From the IMG/VR virus record IMGVR_UViG_3300021490_000003, positions 1 through 45,762 of that record: DNA of 45,762 nucleotides; one strand, given 5' to 3'. Below the pieces are notes generated by a model that was given only the letters and a program-made list of their open reading frames with translations, was not told the origin of the DNA and did no database searches. Shown piece after piece: positions 35,505 through 44,793 of this stretch. The DNA is from a virus. Lineage: Duplodnaviria > Caudoviricetes. The translations under genes were made by a program, and so were the position numbers. Position 1 is the stretch's first letter; the number at the start of each line of letters is the position of its first letter.

Positions 35505-37361
35505 TTAAGCTCCTTTTCCTTTATCTTTCTTTTCCTCCTTCTCCTGTACAGCGTTTTTCTCTTTTCGCTGCATTGACACGGAGGTTTTAGCTTCAAGCTC
35601 CTTTCTCCTAAACTCTTCCTCCCTTCTAATTCTTTCTTCATTATACTTTTGCACCTTCATTTTAACAGATACTGGTAAATCCAGATATTCCAAAATAACC
35701 TCAGGCGGAATAACACCTGGCTCATTGTGGGCAATCTCTATAAGTCTACTGGCGATCTCTTGTTTCATTGTGAGATTCTCAGCCGCTTCATCAATGACTA
35801 CGTCAAACTTGCCAGCGCTTACATCGTTAAAACCTGGTCCTTGCGGATTAAGTTGTGTGTTTATCTCAACTAATCTCTCACCTTCAGGCCCCTCAATCCT
35901 TATTAACCTTGGCATGGTAACATATTGCTGGATAAGAGAAAGCATCTTCTGTGTTCCAGCTATTCTACTCGCTCTAAAGTTCCTTAACAAGATATATAAA
36001 ACAGCTATATTAGACTCAAGTCTCAATCTCGCAGTAACCCCAGGCTCTCTGGAAGATGTTTGCTTGCCCATAAGTGGATCTTGTATTCCACTTACGTCCT
36101 TCATACTCTGCTGGAAGACTCCATCAAGAACAGCATATATGTTACTTATTCTTGGCTGATCTGAGAACTTTACCCTTCCAAGTCCTCCTCTCTCAAGCTC
36201 TAATCTAAAATTAGGCTCAGAAGAGTGCTTATCATATTCATCTATGTTAAGAATCGCATTCACTTCATGCATTAAGATTCCCTTCGGAGCAGTCTGAAGC
36301 AAATGTACCAACTGTCTTCTCATAGTATTAAGAGCCCTTTGAGGATCTTTTTGCATGGTAATAGCTCCAAACCATCTGTTTTCATCCTCATTCTTATAAG
36401 CCCCATACTGTACTATAGGAAATCCTTCATGTTTATACTTAGATAAACCACTTTCTAAGAGAATTCCACCTGAGAAAATAGCATAGTGCATAAATTTCTT
36501 AACTGTTTCTACTGCCTCAGGAACTTCATTAATAACCCTTCCATCAGGAAGCCTTAATCCTTCTTTAATAGCTTTCTTGAACTTCTGCCAACCAGGCCTT
36601 GTTAAGTATTCCGGCTTCCCTGTAACTGGGTTTATAAACCAAACAACTCTCTCAGGAACCTTATAATAAGCCTCGATTAATCTAAATAGCTCCTTACTCT
36701 CATCAAAGAAACTTGGCACATATAAGCCCATACTTCCCTGCATCATTGCAGAAGTTGCATCCTTAAACTCTGGCCAAAATGCAGCTATATCTTCCTCCTT
36801 GAACCATCTACTTATGAAAACAAACCTGGCATCTTCATCAAGATCATAGGCTATACTGTTAGGATCTACAAGAACATCTCTTCCTGGTAGTCTGGTAGCC
36901 TTTATCTCTGGTTCAAAGGGATTAGAATTGTCTATATAAAAGTATAAAAAAGACCTCCCGCTTTTAACAGTATGCTCAAAGCAATCCATTTCTTTGTCAG
37001 ATAGCTTTAAGGTATACCTAAAGTGCTTTATACATCCATTCATAAGCTCCGTCAAGGCTTCATCTTCCCTTCCTACTGGAAGAACATAAGGAACTCTCCT
37101 AACCTGATCAGCCAGGCCAACAAGCTTATCTATCTTAGGCTTTATTTCATTATATACAGTATTAGGCCTTCTTTGAGCTTTTAGGAGAGCAAGAACTTCT
37201 CTACTATCCTGCTCTCCTGCATAGAAAGCATAATCCTCTTCAGCTACCTCCCGCCACTTAGACTCAGGAATAGACCTTTCAGCTTCATTTAGCCAGGTAG
37301 TTAGCTTTTGTAAAACAGGATTATCTACTCCAACTGGATATACAGTTTCTTCTATATTCAA
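35505..37361 (-). CDS. portal protein (P22-like)
   Basis: EDYAFYAGEQ, NEIKPKID, KDPQRALN, GKFDVVID; TTG start. Confidence 0.85.
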   Translation of the reverse strand: MNIEETVYPVGVDNPVLQKLTTWLNEAERSIPESKWREVAEEDYAFYAGEQDSREVLALLKAQRRPNTVYNEIKPKIDKLVGLADQVRRVPYVLPVGREDEALTELMNGCIKHFRYTLKLSDKEMDCFEHTVKSGRSFLYFYIDNSNPFEPEIKATRLPGRDVLVDPNSIAYDLDEDARFVFISRWFKEEDIAAFWPEFKDATSAMMQGSMGLYVPSFFDESKELFRLIEAYYKVPERVVWFINPVTGKPEYLTRPGWQKFKKAIKEGLRLPDGRVINEVPEAVETVKKFMHYAIFSGGILLESGLSKYKHEGFPIVQYGAYKNEDENRWFGAITMQKDPQRALNTMRRQLVHLLQTAPKGILMHEVNAILNIDEYDKHSSEPNFRLELERGGLGRVKFSDQPRISNIYAVLDGVFQQSMKDVSGIQDPLMGKQTSSREPGVTARLRLESNIAVLYILLRNFRASRIAGTQKMLSLIQQYVTMPRLIRIEGPEGERLVEINTQLNPQGPGFNDVSAGKFDVVIDEAAENLTMKQEIASRLIEIAHNEPGVIPPEVILEYLDLPVSVKMKVQKYNEERIRREEEFRRKELEAKTSVSMQRKEKNAVQEKEEKKDKGKGA

Positions 37362-37372
37362 GGTATTTTCCT

Positions 37373-37507
37373 TTATTTATCCTTATCGTGTTCCCTTTCC
37401 AATAGAGCTATCAACTTCTCAATAATAGGGATCATTATCTCCCCAAAAGCCTCAAGAAGAGGAAGGCACCTTTCAATTAATGCTATGATTCTTTCTGCTT
37501 TTCCCAT
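37373..37507 (-). CDS. small amphipathic protein (44 aa, not in ORF track)
   Basis: GGAGG RBS; MGKAERIIALIERCLPLLEAFGEIMIPIIEKLIALLE... Confidence 0.6.
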   Translation of the reverse strand: MGKAERIIALIERCLPLLEAFGEIMIPIIEKLIALLEREHDKDK

Positions 37508-37539
37508 TTCAGTTCCTCCATTATATAATATTAGTTCTA

Positions 37540-37899
37540 TTAACTTATAGGCAGCGCAGGGTAATTATCCAACGGGATATAACACTGCGCACGCAAATTC
37601 AGATCATTCCCAAGATCACTATCATAAGTGCCCTGAACTGTAAAGAGCCTCAAGATCTTACCAGCTGTTTCATGTGGCAGTACAGCACAGTCGGCATCAT
37701 TCAGCACCACATCTTCTGAAGATGTAGGATTCGGTATATTTACTTCCTTGCGATTGTTAATGATCGTCTGTCCATCTCTGGTCGTAAGAGTCCAGTTAAG
37801 AGTTTTAGGAGCCTTAGCATCTCCTTTGTCATCTTTAGTAGCAATATTGATGATGTAAGAACCCTCTTCATCCATATGCAGCGTTAATGTTGTCGCCAT
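37540..37899 (-). CDS. putative structural protein
   Basis: AAGGA RBS; context. Confidence 0.65.
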   Translation of the reverse strand: MATTLTLHMDEEGSYIINIATKDDKGDAKAPKTLNWTLTTRDGQTIINNRKEVNIPNPTSSEDVVLNDADCAVLPHETAGKILRLFTVQGTYDSDLGNDLNLRAQCYIPLDNYPALPIS

Positions 37900-37910
37900 A
37901 GCAAAGTCCT

Positions 37911-38315
37911 TTACTGAAGAGTGAGAATATTCGCTCCAAAGTCGATCTTAAATGTTTCTCCGTCATTCATCGTTATAGAAGAACCGTAATCATGCCAGCA
38001 GACCAGTTCATCATTCGTTGCAGTATCATTATAAATTACTACATAGCGAAAAGGGCCAACACTGCCACCAGACGCTGTCAGAGTAAGATCCTCTAAAACA
38101 AGTGAATAGGTTCCACTTGTCTGCGAAGATGAGGTGGTCGTGATATTCCGTGAAGAACAATTTGTGTAAGAGATTTCTGTAATATCAGCCAATGTTGAAT
38201 TGGTGGCTGATGGAGCACTATTGGTGAGAGCCACTACAAGCTGGTCACTACCAAGGTCATGTTTCTTTTCTGCTACTGCTTCTACAAAAGAATTGAATTT
38301 GTTGAATGTCGCCAT
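37911..38315 (-). CDS. virion structural protein (fibre-associated)
   Basis: MATFNKFNSF...GPFRYVVIYNDT...DYGSSIT. Confidence 0.7.
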   Translation of the reverse strand: MATFNKFNSFVEAVAEKKHDLGSDQLVVALTNSAPSATNSTLADITEISYTNCSSRNITTTSSSQTSGTYSLVLEDLTLTASGGSVGPFRYVVIYNDTATNDELVCWHDYGSSITMNDGETFKIDFGANILTLQ

Positions 38316-38325
38316 AATTAATCTC

Positions 38326-40758
38326 CTATGATAAAGTTATCCCCGCTTTTCTTGAGGTAAAGGTTATCCCCGCTTTTCTCGGAGTAAAGGTTACCATTAA
38401 TCTGCCAGCAGCAAGAGGTTTCCCACTCCATATAAATGTTACATCTGAGCCGGTAAGAGTAAATGTACCAGTTTCGGTATTTAATCTTCTATCTACAAGT
38501 AGAGTTATACCCTGGCCGACCAATGAAAACGAGCCAGATTCAACATTTAGCAGCCTGCCTAAGAGTAAGCTCGCATCCTGACCTGTTAAAGAGAATGCTC
38601 CTGACTCAGCATTTAAAAGCCTATCAGCTAATAAGGTCACATCTTGCCCGCTGAGAGTAAATGAACCTGATCCGGCTGCCAGAAGTCTATTCAAAAGCAA
38701 ATTCGCATCTTGCCCACTCAAAGCGAACGATCCACTATCTGCATTTAAAATTCTATCTACAAGCAAACTTGCGTCTTGACCAGTTAAAACAAATGCACCT
38801 GATTCGGCAGTAAGTGTATATGTCGCTCCACTACCAGAATAAATAAAATCAACGTCGGCACCAGTGAGAGTAAATGATCCTGCCTCCATTCCGAGGACTC
38901 TGCCTAAGAGCAGACTGACATCTGCGCCTGATATTGTAAAGGTGCCAGCCTCAGCAGAAAGGACTCGATTAAGCAATAAATTAGCAGCTTGACCAGTTAA
39001 GATAAACGAGCCAGAATCAGCAGTTAAAAGCCTATTAAAGAGTAAATCAATATCTTGCCCAGTTAAAACAAACGAGCCAGAGTCAAGGGATAAGAGACGA
39101 TTAATAAACAAGTCAATATCAGCACCAGAAAGCACAAATGATCCTGAGTCGGCATTGAGTAAATGTCCTAACAATAAATCTATATCTTGACCTGTTAAAG
39201 AAAAAGAACCTGCATCTGTACTAAGCAAACGATTTGCCAATAAGCCTACATCTTGCCCAGTGAGGGAAAAGATGCCAGATTCGGCATTGAGAGTATATCC
39301 CCCCGACACATACTCATCCGCTCCAATGTCCCAAGTGCCTGAACGGGTATCGCCGTCTATGTCGTCGGAGAAACCCTCAGAAGATAAATCTGTTCCTGCA
39401 TCTTTTAAATCTGTATCAGTTGACTTGAGATGAAAATCTCCATTAGTATAATCAACAAAAACTGATGACCAATCGCTAGGTACTACTGCAGTAGTACCTC
39501 CATCTCCATCGTCTGAAGCGCAATAATCAATAGTATCAAAACTTCCAATGAAATTATCTACATTATCAAAGACTGCACAATTAATAGCTTTTACTATACC
39601 TGATACGTATCTGTTTATTCCTGCATAGGCTCCAGAAACAGTACAGTTATAAACGCTCACTGTTGTATCTTTACTGAATATACCGTTGCGCTTATTATTA
39701 GTTTTGTCTCCCCCATAAATAATGCAGTTAATTATATCAATTATATTAGCATACCAGCAAAAAACATTCCCATTATTATAAGCACTATTAGAAGAACCAT
39801 CTATTTTCACGATAGATTTATTTATTTCGACTTTTCCTATAGACTGGTTTGCTACATAAATACCATAAATATGTCCTGTAGCTTTGTTGTTGTAGACCTG
39901 TAAACCTTCGATAGTAACGTAATCTTCTAATATTTCTAGTGTTCTCTCTGCGCTGCTTATTATGCGGTATTTTGTATCATTCCATTTTCCATCATGCCTC
40001 TGATTATTGATACTCTCAGCTCCACCAGTTGGTGTAAAGACCTGAAGGTAATGAGTTGAATCTGTAGTGCCGCTAAAATCAATAGCTACTGCCGATGTAT
40101 CTGCTGTCTGATCATCATGGTCATAATAATCGCAGGCAAACGCTATCACATCGGCACCACTGGCAGTAAGATCAGTATTGTTAATGTGATTAGAGTCCGT
40201 AAATCCAGCCTCATAAGCATTCAAACTGGCATACTCGTGATGAATACTGGTGAGCGAGATACTTGACTGATCTGATGGAGTTTCACCAGTTGCAGTTTTT
40301 ACAACGAATTGAGTATTGCCATTACCAATATTGCCTTGAAGAGTTCCATCGACTGTAGCAACATCACTTGATGAAGAAGGTAGGACCCTGTTTATTTGCT
40401 CATTGTTTTGCCAGGTTCCGCTTGTGGTCTTGAAATAGATATAACCTGCTGCATCTCCGCCAGCCCATGAGCCACTGGTAAGTTCAACAGCCCTGACAAT
40501 CCCTGTAGCACTTGATGAAACCCCTTCCAGCTTATCTCTGGGTTTTATTTCTGTAGTCCCACCACTGTCAAAACCAAGCCTGTTTGGTGCAATATAAGCC
40601 TTTAGGGAATTGTACTCAACGCAACAGCCACAGCCAATATTTCCAGTTTGGGCAACACTAATCGTTACCACACCCCCGGATATGGAAATAGTGGGAGTGC
40701 CCGTTTTAATATCTCCAGTACCATACGGAGATATACTGTACCAAACAGTATTAGGCAT
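38326..40758 (-). CDS. fibre/adhesin-like protein: beta-helix domain plus 13 x 22-aa repeats
   Basis: Pectin-lyase-like pattern ending DFHL...DIDGDTR..WDIGADEY, followed by tandem repeats. Confidence 0.75.
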   Translation of the reverse strand: MPNTVWYSISPYGTGDIKTGTPTISISGGVVTISVAQTGNIGCGCCVEYNSLKAYIAPNRLGFDSGGTTEIKPRDKLEGVSSSATGIVRAVELTSGSWAGGDAAGYIYFKTTSGTWQNNEQINRVLPSSSSDVATVDGTLQGNIGNGNTQFVVKTATGETPSDQSSISLTSIHHEYASLNAYEAGFTDSNHINNTDLTASGADVIAFACDYYDHDDQTADTSAVAIDFSGTTDSTHYLQVFTPTGGAESINNQRHDGKWNDTKYRIISSAERTLEILEDYVTIEGLQVYNNKATGHIYGIYVANQSIGKVEINKSIVKIDGSSNSAYNNGNVFCWYANIIDIINCIIYGGDKTNNKRNGIFSKDTTVSVYNCTVSGAYAGINRYVSGIVKAINCAVFDNVDNFIGSFDTIDYCASDDGDGGTTAVVPSDWSSVFVDYTNGDFHLKSTDTDLKDAGTDLSSEGFSDDIDGDTRSGTWDIGADEYVSGGYTLNAESGIFSLTGQDVGLLANRLLSTDAGSFSLTGQDIDLLLGHLLNADSGSFVLSGADIDLFINRLLSLDSGSFVLTGQDIDLLFNRLLTADSGSFILTGQAANLLLNRVLSAEAGTFTISGADVSLLLGRVLGMEAGSFTLTGADVDFIYSGSGATYTLTAESGAFVLTGQDASLLVDRILNADSGSFALSGQDANLLLNRLLAAGSGSFTLSGQDVTLLADRLLNAESGAFSLTGQDASLLLGRLLNVESGSFSLVGQGITLLVDRRLNTETGTFTLTGSDVTFIWSGKPLAAGRLMVTFTPRKAGITFTSRKAGITLS
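38425..39295 (-). repeat. degenerate 66-bp coding tandem repeat (7+6 units)
   Basis: Consensus LxA(D/E)SGSFxLTGQDxxLLxxRx. Confidence 0.85.
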
Positions 40759-41218
40759 TTAGGTCTGTAGCCTCCACCAAATTGGCGCTATCCAAAGGAA
40801 TCTTCACCTGTATCTTACTTAAGACCTCCTTCTTTTGTGTAGATGTAGTCAGTTTTGAGGATAAAACATCCCTATCTTTCGTAGTCAAGGCGGCAATCGT
40901 TAAATGATATTTAGGTTCTTTCTCGATAAAGCACCAGAGCCCTTTCTCATTCTTCCACACCTGTTTTTCTTGTGGCCTTTCAAAAGTCCACTTCTCCCCC
41001 ACCGAAGAATAGAAAGCCATGTTTCTTTCAGGTATTTTAGCTTCAATAATTTTCTGCACTTGTTCGGCCGTATAGCCAGGGATATCAAGAATCCCAAAAT
41101 TTTCATATCCAGCACCACTCAAATCAACATTGTCATCATGGATAGGGAAGACAATATCTCCTATCTCATTTATACCTTCTTTGTAAGTGCCTTTTTCTAT
41201 GTAGACTATTCGTGCCAT
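40751..41218 (-). CDS. hypothetical protein coupled to the fibre gene
   Basis: AGGAGG RBS; overlap. Confidence 0.7.
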   Translation of the reverse strand: MARIVYIEKGTYKEGINEIGDIVFPIHDDNVDLSGAGYENFGILDIPGYTAEQVQKIIEAKIPERNMAFYSSVGEKWTFERPQEKQVWKNEKGLWCFIEKEPKYHLTIAALTTKDRDVLSSKLTTSTQKKEVLSKIQVKIPLDSANLVEATDLNA

Positions 41219-41414
41219 GCAACCTCCTACAAGAAAATTTTCTTGATTACATTTCTTTCTATTTCTTTGAGAAGCTCAACCCGTGGTCGATCTCCTCTCC
41301 CGAGAGACGCTCTCTGCCGCCCCTTACAAGCAGAGTGCTTATTTCTATGAGCATCCAATGCAACCGCCCCACTTTGTTATAATATTTTGGTAAGGGCATT
41401 GTCTCACTTCCTAA

Positions 41415-41798
41415 TTATCTTCTACCTCCACCCAATCTGCAAGTACAATTTCCGCTCGCATAATCACTGGCAGCATCACATCCTATTCTATAATAACAAC
41501 CTTCTGGCTCAGGATAAGCTGTAGTTTCTTCCACATCTGCCGAACTTCCTGTTACATCCCAAGTTTTCACATCTCTGCCCCAACTGGTATCTCCAGGTAA
41601 TCTCCTCTGCAAAGTGATAGTCATACTGGTAGTAGCATTATAATCTTCAATAGATACATTTATACGAGATCCTTTCTCTGCATACCAAGGATCTGTCCAA
41701 GTACCATTGCCATCAATCACTTTAATAACCCTACCGGCAAATGCTGGCCAACTATAAAGTATCAAGGCTATTGTTAGTAAGCACAAAAGCTTCTTCAT
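41415..41798 (-). CDS. protein with Sec signal peptide
   Basis: AAAGGAG RBS; MKKLLCLLTIALILYSWPAFA-G. Confidence 0.7.
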   Translation of the reverse strand: MKKLLCLLTIALILYSWPAFAGRVIKVIDGNGTWTDPWYAEKGSRINVSIEDYNATTSMTITLQRRLPGDTSWGRDVKTWDVTGSSADVEETTAYPEPEGCYYRIGCDAASDYASGNCTCRLGGGRR

Positions 41799-41841
41799 TT
41801 CAAATATTCTCCTTTTAATCTTTCTAAAAATAGACAAGTTG

Positions 41842-42090
41842 TCACTTTAATTTCTCAAGAATTGATTTAATATCTTTCCTTGTCTCCCTCTGCATTTCCT
41901 CCATACTTCCCAAGCGCAAATCTATTGCTTTATGTATCTCGCTACATGTTCGTTCATATTGAACATCTTTTACGAGAGAATCAAGACGCCTCTCTATAGA
42001 GCAAATTCTGGCCCTCGAACCTAACCAAGCCAAAGCAGCTCCTAAAAGTCCACCCCCACCAGCGCCGGCTCCTGTAGTTAGATTATCCAT
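41842..42090 (-). CDS. membrane-anchored coiled-coil protein (lysis-associated?)
   Basis: N-terminal hydrophobic segment plus coiled coil; next to the holin-like gene. Confidence 0.6.
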   Translation of the reverse strand: MDNLTTGAGAGGGGLLGAALAWLGSRARICSIERRLDSLVKDVQYERTCSEIHKAIDLRLGSMEEMQRETRKDIKSILEKLK

Positions 42091-42276
42091 TTACTGTTCT
42101 CTCTTAGTGCTATTACTAAAAGCTTTTCCAATTGTGTAACCAGTCACTAAGCCATAGAGACCAGAGGCGAAGTTCTTGAAAAGCTCCAGTAAATCAGGGC
42201 AATCTGGCCTATATGTAGCCAGTATAGCCAGCAAACATATCGCTAATACCACTAATGTCTTATCATTCATATACAC
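42091..42276 (-). CDS. putative holin (2 TM)
   Basis: Two hydrophobic segments and a charged C-terminus; start may be 42270. Confidence 0.55.
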   Translation of the reverse strand: MYMNDKTLVVLAICLLAILATYRPDCPDLLELFKNFASGLYGLVTGYTIGKAFSNSTKREQ

Positions 42277-42287
42277 TCCCTTTATCC

Positions 42288-42312
42288 AGAAGATTCAATT
42301 ATTGAATGTTCT
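42288..42312. repeat. dispersed 25-bp palindrome, copy 6
   Basis: AGAAGATTCAATTATTGAATGTTCT; abuts the stop of 42312..42503. Confidence 0.9.
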
Positions 42313-42503
42313 TAACATTTCCAATGAAATATAACGTTGTTTATAGCTTCAAAAAAGAAGTCAATATATTCACTTGAACCATTTATAGAAAAAGTCCTGT
42401 TGCCAAAGTCGTAATCGTACATCTCACAATCGAAAGGCTCCATTATGTTATTCATCAAAGACCCAAACATCCTCTCGTTCATGTTACAAGAACCTTCTGC
42501 CAT
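42312..42503 (-). CDS. hypothetical protein
   Basis: TAATG overlap with the terminase stop. Confidence 0.55.
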   Translation of the reverse strand: MAEGSCNMNERMFGSLMNNIMEPFDCEMYDYDFGNRTFSINGSSEYIDFFFEAINNVIFHWKC

Positions 42504-43957
42504 TAAACTGCCATCCAGCCATACTGAGAATATTGCATATAATCACTTATGTAATAAGGCTTAGCCTTATCCTTCTTAGGCTTACTCCACACCCTATGCG
42601 CAGTATTTCCAAAATATTCAGATAAACAGAGAGCATCAGCTATATTGGGAGATTTAATGCCTCTATTTTTCATTTCCCTCTTGGATTCTATCCTATAACC
42701 TCCATGTGCATTAAAGCTATATCCCGGAGCGGCGAGTTCATTGCAAAGCTCCTCTCCCTCTTCCGTTTCAGGAAAGGAATACATTCCAGCTAAGCATTTA
42801 TCCCTTACCATAGTCCAAAGCTCATCTCTTAACCTATCATATTTCTTTATATCTGTCGAAGATTCAGCCACATTGATACCAAAGCACTTAATATGTCCAT
42901 GCTTTTGGAGCCAATCTGTAACACCAGCGCCTACTCCAATTACATCTATAGCCAGGCCGTCGGCTTCAAGCTCTTGATACATCATGTTTATATGGCCTCC
43001 AAGGTCAATAGTGTTTAGCTTAGCATGTGTATCCCAGGGATATATCTTTAATCCTCTTCTCGGCATAATAATAGACTTATCATCCCCATATCTTGCAACA
43101 TCCACAGAGAGATATAGCGGCTCATCCTCAGCAATCTCTATCTCATTCCCCAAACACTGCCTTGCAGCATAGAGAGGAATGAAGCTCATTTCATCAGACT
43201 TAGGAGGATCGCCTGTTATTCTAATGGCAAATATACTGGAATCTTCTCCGTACTTATCCCTAAAGTACTCCACAGTTTCCTTAGAAACAATAGGACTTTT
43301 TCGGCTATCCCAGTGTAATCTACACCATTTTTTACTAATACTTGCATGAAAATGAGTGTCATAGAAATAACCAGCTCCCTTAGTCATGTTTCCTATAAGA
43401 AGAACTTTGTTATCCTCTTGTGTCATAGCACCTTCTAAGGGAACATATACTGGATCGGGAATGCCTGAAGCTTCGTCACATACAATCAAGAGATGATCTC
43501 CATGAAATCCAGCCAGCGTTTCCGCTTGTTCCTCCTTAGTAGCCCTGGCCTGCGGGCTAACAGCCCTTATCCACCACTCCTTTGGAGCACTTTTATGAAA
43601 AAACTTATCTTTTTGTAAAATAAACTCATCTTGAACCTTGCTCCGCCTAAACCACTTAGATAACTCAGACCAAAAAATGTCATTTAACTGTCTATTTGTA
43701 GGAGCTGTTACTACTACTTTTGCATAAGGCCTTGTAACCATGAACCATAATGAAGCTAAAACGGCCAGACAGTCCTTTCCACAGCCATGCCCTGAGCGAA
43801 TGGTAATTCTCTTAGCATGAGGAAGGGCTTTTAGGGCCTCAACTTGCTGAGGTGTAACAGATTGGCCCTTTGGCCAGTCTATACACTCCTCTACAAAAAG
43901 AAGAGGGCTCTTCTTCCATTGAAGAAGCTTTTCTAATATAGTTTTATTTAGCTCCAT
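42503..43957 (-). CDS. terL: terminase large subunit
   Basis: RSGHGCGKD Walker A, IVCDEASG Walker B, SVDVARYGDD nuclease, SPNIADAL; start reassigned to MELNKT. Confidence 0.92.
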   Translation of the reverse strand: MELNKTILEKLLQWKKSPLLFVEECIDWPKGQSVTPQQVEALKALPHAKRITIRSGHGCGKDCLAVLASLWFMVTRPYAKVVVTAPTNRQLNDIFWSELSKWFRRSKVQDEFILQKDKFFHKSAPKEWWIRAVSPQARATKEEQAETLAGFHGDHLLIVCDEASGIPDPVYVPLEGAMTQEDNKVLLIGNMTKGAGYFYDTHFHASISKKWCRLHWDSRKSPIVSKETVEYFRDKYGEDSSIFAIRITGDPPKSDEMSFIPLYAARQCLGNEIEIAEDEPLYLSVDVARYGDDKSIIMPRRGLKIYPWDTHAKLNTIDLGGHINMMYQELEADGLAIDVIGVGAGVTDWLQKHGHIKCFGINVAESSTDIKKYDRLRDELWTMVRDKCLAGMYSFPETEEGEELCNELAAPGYSFNAHGGYRIESKREMKNRGIKSPNIADALCLSEYFGNTAHRVWSKPKKDKAKPYYISDYMQYSQYGWMAV

Positions 43958-44340
43958 TTCCTTATATCTATAATAAAAGGATCTTCTCCAAGCTCTTCTA
44001 ATAGCTTTTCCATGGATTTCTTGCTCTCTATAACAGTAAATTCTCCATAAAACTTGCCAAAGATGCTTCCTATAAGAATACATCCCCTTGTGTCATCTAC
44101 AGTATTTCCTCTATGAATAGCTATAGATGTTCTCCCAGGGACATCCTTAAGGAAATAACACATCTTTCCTCTTATGGCCCCACGCTTGCAGACATAGGCT
44201 CCCTCTGGGATGCAAGATATATTAACAGTATTTGCCCTATCTGGTAGTTCTAAGGTAGCATAGATATTCTTTCCCGTTGAAAGAAATCCAAGTGTTACCT
44301 CATCACTGCAAAATGCCCGGCGAAGTTTTATCATCTTCAT
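43948..44340 (-). CDS. DUF5675-family putative endolysin/peptidase
   Basis: TLELP, SCIPEGAY, DVPGRTSIAIHRGN...DTRGCILIG. Confidence 0.8.
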   Translation of the reverse strand: MKMIKLRRAFCSDEVTLGFLSTGKNIYATLELPDRANTVNISCIPEGAYVCKRGAIRGKMCYFLKDVPGRTSIAIHRGNTVDDTRGCILIGSIFGKFYGEFTVIESKKSMEKLLEELGEDPFIIDIRKWS

Positions 44341-44755
44341 AGTCTTTTATATCCTCTATGTCTTCAACATCTATAGAGCCATCAAGGGCCATTTCCCTTT
44401 TCTCTATCTCTACAAGATAGGCCACCAAACCCTTAATCTCACTAGGCTTGCCGTCTATATTAAGCTCCTTATCTTTCAAGATCTTATAAGAAAGAACAAG
44501 ATCTCTTAAAGAAGCTTCGTTTATTTTCTCAGGAGTAATAGCCTCAAGGACTCTGGCTTGTAATTCTGTTAGATGGAGGGATTGAAGGTCTCTATATTTA
44601 AGGAGAATTCCCTGTTTCTCTCTTATATCCGCCATTCGCTTAGCCAAGGTGGGAATAGATATACCAAGCTCTCTCGCAGCCTCCTTTTGTGGGAGGTCTC
44701 TTTCTAAGAGATCCATTAGCGCTTGCTCATCTATCTTAGCAACAGGTCTTCCCAT
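44303..44755 (-). CDS. putative terminase small subunit (N-terminal HTH)
   Basis: PQKEAARELGISIPTL; first gene of the packaging arm. Confidence 0.65.
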   Translation of the reverse strand: MGRPVAKIDEQALMDLLERDLPQKEAARELGISIPTLAKRMADIREKQGILLKYRDLQSLHLTELQARVLEAITPEKINEASLRDLVLSYKILKDKELNIDGKPSEIKGLVAYLVEIEKREMALDGSIDVEDIEDIKDYEDDKTSPGILQ

Positions 44756-44764
44756 GGTGATGTT

Positions 44765-44793
44765 ATTATACCATATTTTATAGAATTTGTCAA
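44765..44793 (-). promoter_or_regulatory. consensus sigma70 promoter for the structural arm
   Basis: - strand TTGACA, 17 bp, TATAAT, with extended -10 TG. Confidence 0.9.

Noticed and set aside
25250-40758. Diversity-generating retroelement acting on tail or fibre genes
   Set aside because: No reverse transcriptase and no adenine-variant repeat pair seen.
1200-42312. Palindromes as CRISPR repeats or solitary repeat units (ATTGAA resembles some repeat ends)
   Set aside because: No repeat-spacer periodicity, the ends are ATTGAAY rather than ATTGAAA(C/G), and there is no cas operon.
43958-44083. N-terminal extension of the terminase
   Set aside because: It overlaps the DUF5675 gene; terminase-like sequence begins at MELNKT.
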